DNA of 32,000 bases. It comes from Acaryochloris marina S15. Its GTDB lineage: Bacteria > Cyanobacteriota > Cyanobacteriia > Thermosynechococcales > Thermosynechococcaceae. Below the pieces are notes generated by a model that did not search any database, was not told the origin of the DNA, and was given only the letters and a program-made list of their open reading frames with translations. Each line of letters begins with the position of its first letter. Position 1 is the first letter of the stretch. A program made the position numbers and the translations under genes. Location of the stretch: contig NZ_CP064921.1 of NCBI RefSeq assembly GCF_018336915.1, positions 60,001-92,000 on the forward strand, written 5' to 3'. This document shows, piece by piece, positions 1 to 8,481 of the stretch.

Positions 1-715
1 AGGCGATTAGGATCGTGTTCTAGACAACGATTATGAGAGGCTCTAACCACGAGTCCCGTATTGTCTAGGGTATTGAGTCGTTCAAAGACTTCAGCAATGT
101 CTCCTTCTCGGTCAAAGACATGAATGATACGAGTTGAAGGACCCACAGCTTTCTCCACTGCGTGCAGTGCTTCCACCCAACGATAGGATTCTTTTTCCTC
201 AAATAGACGCTCCCGAGCAGTTTTACGCGCTTTGGTCTGACGTTTCTTCTTTTGTCGGGACGTTTCATTCTTCGGGGGCTTGGGGCGATGCTGACGATTC
301 CACACTTTTTGCCATAACAAACCCAAGGGTTGGCCCTGCTCAGGGTCAACGGCTAAGGCACTATGGAGTAATAATCCATTCCCCCCTCTGCCTTGGGGAC
401 CATAGCCTTGGCGCTTCTGCTTGATACCTTCATAGTCGAGGAAGGTGGTGTCGCCAACACTCAAGGTCATCTCTTGCGACGATACGCTACAAGCGGTCAT
501 AGAACAATGAGGAGAAATAATCTTAGCGAAGCTGGTTTTCACATTTGCGAAAACTCGTAAGACCGTTTGAGGGCTTTCCCAGTCTCAAATACGGTCGATA
601 GGGCTTGACCAAATTTCTCACTCAGAGAACGACCGATACTGAATGCACGGTGATTCAATCGTTGATCACCCAACTCACAGGTTCCAAAATTTTGCTCATA
701 ACGCTCTGGACTCAT
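1..715 (-). mobile_element. IS4-family (Tn5/IS50-like) DDE transposase gene, N-terminal ~235 codons. It runs off the window start and is broken by a 1-nt frameshift near 550-553.
   Basis: My minus-strand translation gives MSPERYEQNFGTCELGDQRLNHRAF...KALKRSYEF (frame of ORF 539..754). After a frame change it gives ANVKTSFAKII...LSVGDTTFLDYEG...LLLHSALAVDPEQGQPLGLLWQKVW...RIIHVFDREGDIAEVF. The LGD-RL N-terminal DNA-binding pattern, DTT (first Asp) and DREGD (second Asp) resemble Tn5 transposase. The track ORFs 65..349(-) and 134..424(+) lie in other frames. Confidence 0.7.
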
Positions 716-788
716 TAGATGCTCCCTGGGTATCACTGCACTTACTTTAACCAAGGCTGAGACTAAGGGCTACAAATACCACCCACTA

Positions 789-1019
789 AGCACTGGAAGA
801 CTTAGCAGGAAAAGTCAGTTTCAAGAAGCCATTGATGAGTATCTAACCGATTGTGCTGAAAACGCAATAGAGCCTGAGCACTCCTTCAAGGGGAGCTTCA
901 ATATCCGACCTGGAACTCAGCTCCATAGACAAGCTGCGATCGCAGCTCAGCAGCGGGGAATCAATCTCAATGCTCTTGTAACTGAAGCGCTAGAGAACTA
1001 TCTACAGCCATCGAAGTAG
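789..1019 (+). pseudogene. hicB: HicB-family antitoxin, C-terminal fragment. The 5' boundary is uncertain and there is no start codon.
   Basis: The frame reads ...SQFQEAIDEYLTDCAENAIEPEHSFKGSFNIRPGTQLHRQAAIAAQQRGINLNALVTEALENYLQPSK*. This matches the HicB C-terminal pattern (x-D-x-YL, then G-x-P-x-P, SG-x-FN-[IVL]-R, LH-R, G-[IV]-SLN). There is no ATG, and the fragment abuts the transposase end. Confidence 0.45.
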
Positions 1020-1029
1020 CTCCCACCGA

Positions 1030-1224
1030 TCACCCCCAACACTTCGCCACCCGCTCCCGATCCAACCACACTCCGACCATTTCCTCAATCCACTCAATTG
1101 CTTCATTTAGCTGCAGCTCAACCACCTGTAAGATATTAAGCGTGTCTTCCAGCTCTGGACTTTTAAACGAAATTTTGATGAGCGACTTTTTTCCCTCAAC
1201 TGTGATCCAGAATTGCCTAATACA
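1030..1224 (-). pseudogene. Start-less, diverged paralog of the small ORF at 2529..2750
   Basis: The open frame CIRQFWITVEGKKSLIKISFKSPELEDTLNILQVVELQLNEAIEWIEEMVGVWLDRERVAKCWG* aligns with ...FAILQVMAEGRPEVIELRLPKTMERIGEMIGVYLARERVARVRV*. DNA similarity is visible between 1027-1110 and 2526-2640. There is no ATG/GTG/TTG near the 5' end. Confidence 0.35.
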
Positions 1225-1263
1225 TTAGTCTACTATCAGAGCCTTTGAAACAATTGCACTCTC

Positions 1264-1848
1264 ATGCCCATAACCTACACCAACCGGAAGCAGAAAACGT
1301 TTTATTTGCATCAGGGCAAGACTAAAACAGGTAAACCCAAATGCCACTTCTCAATGAAGGCTGAGGGAGTATTAGCCGAGGCCATCCCAGAAGGATTTGA
1401 AATCTATGAAAATCCTAATGCCCAAGTTTTCTTGAGGAAGATTCCGCCAAAGCTGATCACCGATCAGGAATTATGCCTTGTTAAGGATGGAATGGAGAAA
1501 TATTCCCATGCAGATAAATACATAGTTGATGTTAAGAAAGAGGCTATAAGTATTTTTACTCCAACTCAGAATGTTTCTGCCCTTTCAGAGTTTCTCGTTC
1601 CAACAGCTCAGGCTCTAGGAAAAACTCAAGAGGACTTACAAAAACTCCTCCAACAGGTGCTGTCTTATTCCTGTGGTTTTAGGTTCATTTTGGTGGACAA
1701 ACAGCAGCGACTCTTTCAAGCCCAGAGATATTGCTATCTAGGTTCCATTGACGATTGGATAGAGATTGGTTCCACCGACCAACTCGAAATTCTGGTAAAA
1801 AATTATGCAAAACATATTGACCAGGACTCCATGTATGAATTGCTATGA
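1264..1848 (+). CDS. Hypothetical protein (conserved-looking, function unknown)
   Basis: 194-aa ORF with ordinary protein-like composition (MPITYTNRKQKTFYLHQGKTKTGKPK...). It lies in a more AT-rich segment than its flanks. Confidence 0.65.
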   Translation: MPITYTNRKQKTFYLHQGKTKTGKPKCHFSMKAEGVLAEAIPEGFEIYENPNAQVFLRKIPPKLITDQELCLVKDGMEKYSHADKYIVDVKKEAISIFTPTQNVSALSEFLVPTAQALGKTQEDLQKLLQQVLSYSCGFRFILVDKQQRLFQAQRYCYLGSIDDWIEIGSTDQLEILVKNYAKHIDQDSMYELL

Positions 1849-1960
1849 GAGTAAATTTATACTAAGAAAATATAATCTTTTCCGGGTGACTTTGCAGTAA
1901 GACAGGAATGATAGTAGTTTCACGGTAGCCTCTCAGATATACAATTCTGTTGGAGTTAAA

Positions 1961-2482
1961 ATGTTCAAAGTTAAGTCATATGTTTCTAGGCTTCTGCTAA
2001 TTTTTTCTCTCTTTATCACTGCATGTGAAACAAACTTACAGCGGGAAACCTCAAAGCAAGTTCGCTTAGAACCATTAGCAACTGGTGATTCTAAGACAAA
2101 ATTGGTTAGAGACGTTGTTTTAGAAATAGGAATCGCTCAACAATATGACCTACATCTGAATAACACAACTGATGCACTAATCCCATCATCTTCGAGCAAC
2201 AAGAAATGGAGGATATGGTTGCAAGAAATTGTGGAAAAAGAAGCTGGTTGGAGGAATATCGAAGACCAATACATTGCACATTTAGAAGCTAATTTCTCAG
2301 AAGCTGAGTTAAATAAATTATTGAATCTAGCCAAACAACCCGTTATGAAAAAATGGTTGCAGGCTAACATGAAAGCCTATTCAAATGTGGCTCCAACAAG
2401 GCAAAAATTGCTGGAAAAAGTGTGGTTTGACTACAATTCAGGAAAAATAACACCCCCGGATGGTGTGAAACCTGGATCTTGA
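1961..2482 (+). CDS. Putative lipoprotein (possibly DUF2059-like)
   Basis: N-terminal signal peptide ending in a lipobox, LFITAC. The C-terminal part NFSEAELNKLLNLAKQPVMKKWL recalls DUF2059, by recollection only. Confidence 0.65.
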   Translation: MFKVKSYVSRLLLIFSLFITACETNLQRETSKQVRLEPLATGDSKTKLVRDVVLEIGIAQQYDLHLNNTTDALIPSSSSNKKWRIWLQEIVEKEAGWRNIEDQYIAHLEANFSEAELNKLLNLAKQPVMKKWLQANMKAYSNVAPTRQKLLEKVWFDYNSGKITPPDGVKPGS

Positions 2483-2528
2483 AGAATTAATCCTAGGAAG
2501 ATGACATTAGTATTCCATGATTATCTGA

Positions 2529-2750
2529 TCACACCCTGACCCGAGCCACCCGCTCCCGAGCCAGGTACACTCCGATCATCTCCCCAATCCGCTCCATCGT
2601 CTTCGGCAACCTCAGTTCGATGACCTCCGGTCGGCCTTCGGCCATCACCTGCAAAATCGCAAAGTTCTTCTCAAGTTCGACGGCGCACTCCCAGCAGAAA
2701 CCTGGTGTAGCAAACGGTTTCCTCACAAACGGCTTCCCCGCCCCCACCAC
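2529..2750 (-). CDS. Small hypothetical protein (paralog of the fragment at 1030..1224)
   Basis: 73-aa ORF with a GTG start, co-oriented 47 nt downstream of the response regulator gene. I do not recognise the family. Confidence 0.45.
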   Translation of the reverse strand: MVGAGKPFVRKPFATPGFCWECAVELEKNFAILQVMAEGRPEVIELRLPKTMERIGEMIGVYLARERVARVRV

Positions 2751-2797
2751 CGTTATCCAGTATTGTCTTAGGCTATTCTGGGATGCCGTCAGATGTT

Positions 2798-3565
2798 CTA
2801 GCTGGCCTCATGTTCTACCAATCTGTGTAATTGATCGTATTTCAACGCATAGCCGACTCCACGAACCGTCTGAAAAAGCTCGGATTCCTCTAGATCTGCC
2901 TTGAGTTTTTTACGTAGACGAGACATATGAACATCAACAACCCGTGTGTCAACTATAGACTCTTTGCTATATCCCCATACCTTCTCTAACAGCTCTTGAC
3001 GAGGAACTGCTTCTCCAGGGCGACTAGCCAATAGTTCCAATAAACTATATTCCACATAGGTGAGGGAGATCCGTTCTTCATCTAGGCACACTTGCCGCTT
3101 ATTGGTATCAATATGTAGTGAACCCATCTCAATCACACCTGTAAGTCGATAATTAGAGGGTTTCAGCACATCCAGTCTGCGTAGAATACTCCGAACACGA
3201 GATTCTAATTCCTTGGGTGAAAAGGGCTTGACCATGTAATCATCAGCACCCATTTCCAAGCCTGTAATACGGTCTCTTACATCTGAGAGAGCGGTCAACA
3301 TAATAATCGGAACTCTTGATATTTTGCGGACTGCTTGGCAGACACCATAACCATCCAGTTTGGGCATCATCACATCTAAGACAATCAAGTCGGGATTTTG
3401 ATGCTCAAAAACCTCTAACGCTTCTATGCCATCAGCAGCGGTGAAGACTTGATAGCCCACCATCGTTAGTCGAGCCGATAAAATTCGTCGAATAGAAGCT
3501 TCATCGTCAACTATTAGAATGGAATGCTGATCATTACTCGGATTATTCATGGAGACAGACGTCAT
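2798..3565 (-). CDS. OmpR-family two-component response regulator (RpaB/Ycf27-like)
   Basis: Receiver motifs ILIVDDE, LIVLDVMMPKLDGYGVC and MLTAL...DDYMVKPFSPKELE. Winged-helix output domain LTYVEYSLLELL...VWGY...DTRVVDVHMSRLRKKL...VRGVGY. It is close to RpaB in pattern but visibly diverged, so no ortholog symbol is assigned. Confidence 0.95.
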   Translation of the reverse strand: MTSVSMNNPSNDQHSILIVDDEASIRRILSARLTMVGYQVFTAADGIEALEVFEHQNPDLIVLDVMMPKLDGYGVCQAVRKISRVPIIMLTALSDVRDRITGLEMGADDYMVKPFSPKELESRVRSILRRLDVLKPSNYRLTGVIEMGSLHIDTNKRQVCLDEERISLTYVEYSLLELLASRPGEAVPRQELLEKVWGYSKESIVDTRVVDVHMSRLRKKLKADLEESELFQTVRGVGYALKYDQLHRLVEHEAS

Positions 3566-3748
3566 TAGTCATATTTCAATCCAGAGTAGCATTGTTGTTT
3601 AGACAATAATACTTGAAACACTTGATAGACAAGCTTTTTATAGTTAGTCAATTTGTGCGAGAGCATAACTCTTGCATCACCTACCCCTAATCCACCCCAC
3701 TCTCACCTTCGCCTCTGCCTTGAATCACCCTATATAGATAGGAGGGAA

Positions 3749-6088
3749 TCAATCTTCTTGGTTGGTCAAATTCTGAGGTTGGCTGAATTCTACTCCCGGA
3801 AACCACTCACCCCAATGCTGCGGTGCCAGCTCCCGCACTTGTTCCAGTACCTCTTTAGCAGCCAGACTCTTAGCCAATTTTTTCTTCTTCGCTACCCCGC
3901 TACCTTCAATTCGTTCACCCAGAATATACAACTCACACTTACAGATAAACCAATCATCTGAGCTGTCCATTTCGTACTCTGGATTCTCCCATCTCAATCT
4001 CTGGCAGACATCCATCAACATCCCAACAAAATTCTGACCACCACTGAGTGGTTTCACCAACGCAGCATGAATGGCTTTGGACAGCGATACCTTGCTAGAG
4101 GATGAAGATTTGGACGACAATTGAGGCTCTGGCACCGGAGGCTGTACCCGCTCTTTTGGATGGAATAAGCTGCTCCCAAGATAGGCTTCCAGCCATAATA
4201 AACAAGCCTGATGACGTGCATATTGCTTACGGGAATGGACTGCTGGATGAACCGTTGTGAGTGATTCTCCAGATTGTTTGACCTCTAACCAGACTGTGAA
4301 TGGTGTGCTATCCCCCACCTCAATATATTCGAACTCTTCCCAATCCTTTTCCTGGCTTGAGGCAACGCTGATCACACTCGCTGCATCCTGAACATGATGA
4401 GTAAGATGCTGGATAACTTGCTGCTGTAATTCACTGTCACTTCCTTGAAACATCAACAAGTACAAGTCTTGAACTGTTAATTTCTCTGATTCCAAGCGAC
4501 TGACTAACTCACTGTGGAGTCGCTCAAAATCCTGGTTCTCAGCAGCATACTTCACCAAACGAGTGAATTCTTTACTGGAAAGACGACCCAGCTCTTCAGG
4601 TGTCTGGAGTTGATCTTGGTAGACCTTCTGATGCACAGCCTTAAAGTACTCTGAGGTCTCTTTTTCATCCTCACGCCTGACTTGGGCAATATGCTGTCCC
4701 AATTGTTCAAGATCAGGCACGGTATAGGGTACCTCTTTCTGCTTGAGTACAGCTTTAACAATGCGATGGTTGATCAAGTCAGCCAGTCTCCGTATCGGAC
4801 TGGTGAAGTGACAATAAGCAGGCAGGTTTAGGGCAAAGTGTCCGATTAACGCTGGACCATACTCAGCACGGTTCATCCAACTGTATAACCGTTGGCGAAT
4901 AGCAGCGTTAGATCCTAACGTCAACAATGTCTGATTCATTGTTTCCCGATCTGGGGCAATTGCCCTGGCCGTGTGATTGCGATACAGGGCCGGGATATCT
5001 TGAGCTGCCAACCACTGGGCTACAGCCCGGTTCGCCAGGATCATAAATTCTTGAATCAGGATATGGCTACGATGGCGTTCACCCTGGACCAAGCTGCCCT
5101 CTTCTGTAAGCCACTGGCCTTGGGCTGTCTGGGTTGCACCAATCGCGCCAGAGGTCAGCCGATTCCGGTACAAATGCAATGCCCACTGATGGGCCATCTC
5201 TAAGGTCTTTTGAAAAGCAGGGTGTGCATCGGGCTGGGATGCTTCAGCGTAGGTAAATCGTTTCTGGCTCGTCAGCCAAGACTCAAAGATTTCCATATCC
5301 ATAATCTGAGCCTTCGCATCGAGGGTGACCTGGATCGTCAGGGTGGGACGCTTTTGGCACTCTAGGAGACTCAGCTTATCTTCTGAGAGCGGCCTCGGCA
5401 GCATGGGAGCATTCCCCTTACTGAAATAGCGTGTGGTTGTGCGCTCAATTGCCACTTGATCCAAACTCGAATCAATCTCGATGAGTTCAGAGACGTCAGC
5501 AATATGGATAGAGAAAACAGCACCTGAATCAGTGGGTTCAATCCAGATGGCATCATCTAAGTCCCGCGAAGTTGGACCATCAATGGTGATGCCGTGGACT
5601 CGGGGACGTTGCCAGAGTTCATCAGAGAGGACAAGGCGCTTGGCTGCTGCAAATGCTTGAGGGGGGAAACGGTTATTGCTTTTGGGAGTCGCTTTGGTCT
5701 TTGCTGGTGGCTTATCCTCAGTCGGCGATTTAGATTGCTCATCTTGAACAGATACCTTAGCCTGTTCTATGGGCTGGTCCTGAGCTAGCGGTATAGGCTT
5801 CTTATCTTGAGGTACGGCTTCAGACTTTGACTCCAACGTTTTCAATGAAGGGGGTTTGAGAGTTGTTCTTTCTTGGTGCAGCGCTTTCTGTTTGGCCTGC
5901 TTCTGGGATTTCCTAAGTGCTGACTTCCGCTGATCTATCTTGGATGCTTTGGTCTGGACCTGGACTGAGTTGAGCTGGGATTCAAGCTTTGTAATAGCAC
6001 TCTTGAGCAGCTTGGCGGCGGTGGGGTTGGTGCATTCTTGAAGCTGTTGGCGAAGTTGGGAGAGCTTTTCTGAAGTGGAAATAGGCAT
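3749..6088 (-). CDS. RNB-family 3'-5' exoribonuclease (RNase II/R family) with an N-terminal coiled-coil/Lys-Gln-rich extension and C-terminal dsRBD(s)
   Basis: RNB motifs ITIDGPTSRDLDDAIWIE, HIADVS, SHILIQEFMILAN, ALYRNH and HFALNLPAYCHFTSPIRRLADLINHR. The C-terminus NFVGMLMDVCQRLRWENPEYEM...GSGVAKKKKLAKSLAAKEVLEQV fits the dsRBD consensus. Confidence 0.9.
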   Translation of the reverse strand: MPISTSEKLSQLRQQLQECTNPTAAKLLKSAITKLESQLNSVQVQTKASKIDQRKSALRKSQKQAKQKALHQERTTLKPPSLKTLESKSEAVPQDKKPIPLAQDQPIEQAKVSVQDEQSKSPTEDKPPAKTKATPKSNNRFPPQAFAAAKRLVLSDELWQRPRVHGITIDGPTSRDLDDAIWIEPTDSGAVFSIHIADVSELIEIDSSLDQVAIERTTTRYFSKGNAPMLPRPLSEDKLSLLECQKRPTLTIQVTLDAKAQIMDMEIFESWLTSQKRFTYAEASQPDAHPAFQKTLEMAHQWALHLYRNRLTSGAIGATQTAQGQWLTEEGSLVQGERHRSHILIQEFMILANRAVAQWLAAQDIPALYRNHTARAIAPDRETMNQTLLTLGSNAAIRQRLYSWMNRAEYGPALIGHFALNLPAYCHFTSPIRRLADLINHRIVKAVLKQKEVPYTVPDLEQLGQHIAQVRREDEKETSEYFKAVHQKVYQDQLQTPEELGRLSSKEFTRLVKYAAENQDFERLHSELVSRLESEKLTVQDLYLLMFQGSDSELQQQVIQHLTHHVQDAASVISVASSQEKDWEEFEYIEVGDSTPFTVWLEVKQSGESLTTVHPAVHSRKQYARHQACLLWLEAYLGSSLFHPKERVQPPVPEPQLSSKSSSSSKVSLSKAIHAALVKPLSGGQNFVGMLMDVCQRLRWENPEYEMDSSDDWFICKCELYILGERIEGSGVAKKKKLAKSLAAKEVLEQVRELAPQHWGEWFPGVEFSQPQNLTNQED

Positions 6089-6568
6089 GAGAGCTTCACG
6101 GGGAGCGGACTTGCAGTCATTCTAATGTGAGAAAAGGGGATTTGGGCGGAATTTAGGTTCATTCTCAGGAGCAGTCTACTCTAAACCGGACTGACACACA
6201 CCAAGAAGCTGGCGATTCTCGTTAGCCCCAAGAATGCGATCAGCATGGCCGTCAGGCAGATCAAAGATAGGCAACGATATACCTTGCTTGAGCGGCGCTT
6301 GGGTGGTGTTCCCAAAACTGACGAATCACTAGCTTCCACAATTTTTTAACGGGTCGTTAACACAGTCATCGATAATCTGGGTTGTTTAACTAGCTCATGA
6401 AATCCCCATATTGTTGCGTTATTTTGCAGAGATGATGGCTCTTTAAGATCGAGAGTGAAACTTTACTTTAGTATGGGCAGACTTTAGGTATAGAAAGCTT
6501 CTCAGTTATTTTTTAGCAGTAACCTCACACTCCAAATTTAGTGTGTCATGGTTGCCCTTTAATACACC

Positions 6569-8479
6569 ATGTCATCTAGTGCCACTTCTCATCGAGACTT
6601 CTCCTCTAGATCAACCTCCACCCTCTTTTTAAGGGGGATAGGCAATGCTACCTTGACCACCATATTGACCTTGACCCTCCTGGGAAGTGCTGGTTTAGCA
6701 GGAGGACTGATGGGGGTAGCGATTAGTTATCGCGATCTGCCTGATGTGACTTCATTAACCCGCTTTTCACCCAATGAAACAACTTACATCTATGACATCA
6801 ACGGTAAGTTACTCACGGGCTTGCATGAGGAAGAGAATCGCCAGGTTGTCCCACTGGCTAAAATCTCTCCCCACTTGAAACTGTCCGTACTCGCCATCGA
6901 AGATAGCAACTTTTACCAACATGACGGCATTAATCCAGTCGGTATCCTGCGGGCAGCCATCACCAATTACCAGGCAGGTCAGACGGTACAAGGGGCATCA
7001 ACCTTGAGTATGCAGCTGGCTAAAAATCTCTATCTGACCCCAGAAAGAGCCTTGAGTCGCAAGCTCGCAGAAGCAGTTCTAGCACTGAGAATCGAACAAC
7101 TGCTCAGTAAAGATGAAATTTTAGAGCTATACCTCAATCAAGTGTATTGGGGACATAATACCTATGGCATAGAAACAGCCGCCCAGAGTTATTTCAATAA
7201 ATCTGCTGAAGATCTGACCCTAGCTGAATCTGCCATGATGGCTGGGATTATCAAAGCACCAGAAGGGTATAGTCCCTTTGTAGATTTAGACCTTGCTAAA
7301 GAACAACAGAACATCGTTCTGGGGCGTTTGGAGGAACTGAAATGGATTACATCTGCTGAGGCTGAAGCAGCTCGGACAGAGAAAATCATTTTAGGAGAAA
7401 TTACCTCCTATCAACGGAGCCAAGCCCCTGATGTCACCAATACCGTCATTCAGGAATTGACTGAAAGATTTGGTCGAGAGGCACTCGTTAGAGGAGGATT
7501 CCGAGTTCAAACGACTCTTGATTGGAAGATGCAGGAAATTGCGGAGAAGACCGTTCGCAGGAATCATCAACACTATGCCTATGCAGCGGACCAGATGGCA
7601 TTAGTCGCAGTCGATCCGAGAACGCACTTCATCAAGGCCATCGTTGGTGGAGTGGATAACAAAAAAAGTGAATTCAATCGGGCGACTCAGGCTTATCGAC
7701 AACCCGGTTCTGCTTTCAAACCCTTTGTGTATTACACCGCCTTTGCGACGGGGAAGTACACCCCAGATTCAATGATTAACGACTCTCCCGTGAGCTTCAA
7801 TGATGGTGGTATAGAGCGGTATAAACCTCAAAACTATGACCGCAGTTTTCAAGGCTCAATGTCCATTCGCCAAGCCTTATCTCAATCACGGAATGTACCC
7901 GCGATTGTCATGGGGCAAAAGGTGGGTATCAAGAACGTCATCGACGTGTGCCGAAAATTAGGGATTATGAGCCCGATTCCCAATGTAATTTCACTTCCCT
8001 TAGGGGCGGTAGATTTAACTCCAGTTGAGATGGCCTCAGCTTATGCCACCTTTGCCAATAACGGTTGGCAGTCCAAAACAACAGCCATTTTGCAAGTCAC
8101 AGATCCTGCGGGCAAAGTGTTGATTGACAATACCCCACAACCCAAGCAGGTACTCAATCCTTGGGCTGCTGCCTCCGTCAATAGTACGTTGCAAACCGTC
8201 GTGCAATCCGGGACGGGGGTAGCGGCCCAGATTGGTCGCCCCGCAGCGGGGAAGACGGGGACCACTTCGTCCGAGCGGGATGTTTGGTTTGTGGGCTATG
8301 TGCCTCAACTATCTGTGGCCGTGTGGGCTGGTAATGACAATTACTCCCGGATTGGGTCTGGGGCAACGGGGGGAGGGTGGATGGCCCCTGTTTGGCGAGA
8401 GTTTATGAGTGAGGTATTGAAGGATACGCCTGTTCAGTATTTTGAGCCACCTTCCAAGTTTCCCAAGCCCAAGGGTTGA
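6569..8479 (+). CDS. mrcA: Class A penicillin-binding protein (bifunctional glycosyltransferase/transpeptidase, PBP1A-type)
   Basis: N-terminal TM segment. GT51 motif EDSNFYQHDGINPVGILRA...GASTLSMQLAKN. Transpeptidase motifs SAFKPF (SxxK), SRN and KTGTT. Confidence 0.93.
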   Translation: MSSSATSHRDFSSRSTSTLFLRGIGNATLTTILTLTLLGSAGLAGGLMGVAISYRDLPDVTSLTRFSPNETTYIYDINGKLLTGLHEEENRQVVPLAKISPHLKLSVLAIEDSNFYQHDGINPVGILRAAITNYQAGQTVQGASTLSMQLAKNLYLTPERALSRKLAEAVLALRIEQLLSKDEILELYLNQVYWGHNTYGIETAAQSYFNKSAEDLTLAESAMMAGIIKAPEGYSPFVDLDLAKEQQNIVLGRLEELKWITSAEAEAARTEKIILGEITSYQRSQAPDVTNTVIQELTERFGREALVRGGFRVQTTLDWKMQEIAEKTVRRNHQHYAYAADQMALVAVDPRTHFIKAIVGGVDNKKSEFNRATQAYRQPGSAFKPFVYYTAFATGKYTPDSMINDSPVSFNDGGIERYKPQNYDRSFQGSMSIRQALSQSRNVPAIVMGQKVGIKNVIDVCRKLGIMSPIPNVISLPLGAVDLTPVEMASAYATFANNGWQSKTTAILQVTDPAGKVLIDNTPQPKQVLNPWAAASVNSTLQTVVQSGTGVAAQIGRPAAGKTGTTSSERDVWFVGYVPQLSVAVWAGNDNYSRIGSGATGGGWMAPVWREFMSEVLKDTPVQYFEPPSKFPKPKG

Positions 8480-8481
8480 GA

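Noticed and set aside
65-424. Track ORFs 65..349(-) and 134..424(+)
   Set aside because: They lie in the wrong frame or strand relative to the DDE transposase reading frame, which carries recognisable DTT and DREGD motifs. Their sequences are Arg/Pro/Trp-rich and look like off-frame artefacts.
932-947. HIP1-containing palindrome agctGCGATCGCagct
   Set aside because: This is a known cyanobacterial highly iterated palindrome motif lying inside the hicB fragment. I noticed only this one copy. It serves as a weak taxonomic hint and not as a feature in itself.
6181-6339. 52-codon minus-strand ORF with a GTG start encoding a hydrophobic peptide (…LSLICLTAMLIAFLGL…) between the RNB nuclease and PBP genes
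   Set aside because: No SD, a non-ATG start and a short length. It lies upstream of, and on the same strand as, the RNB nuclease gene, within the stretch next to the duplicated 6089..6170 upstream region. It is undecidable without conservation or ribosome-profiling data.
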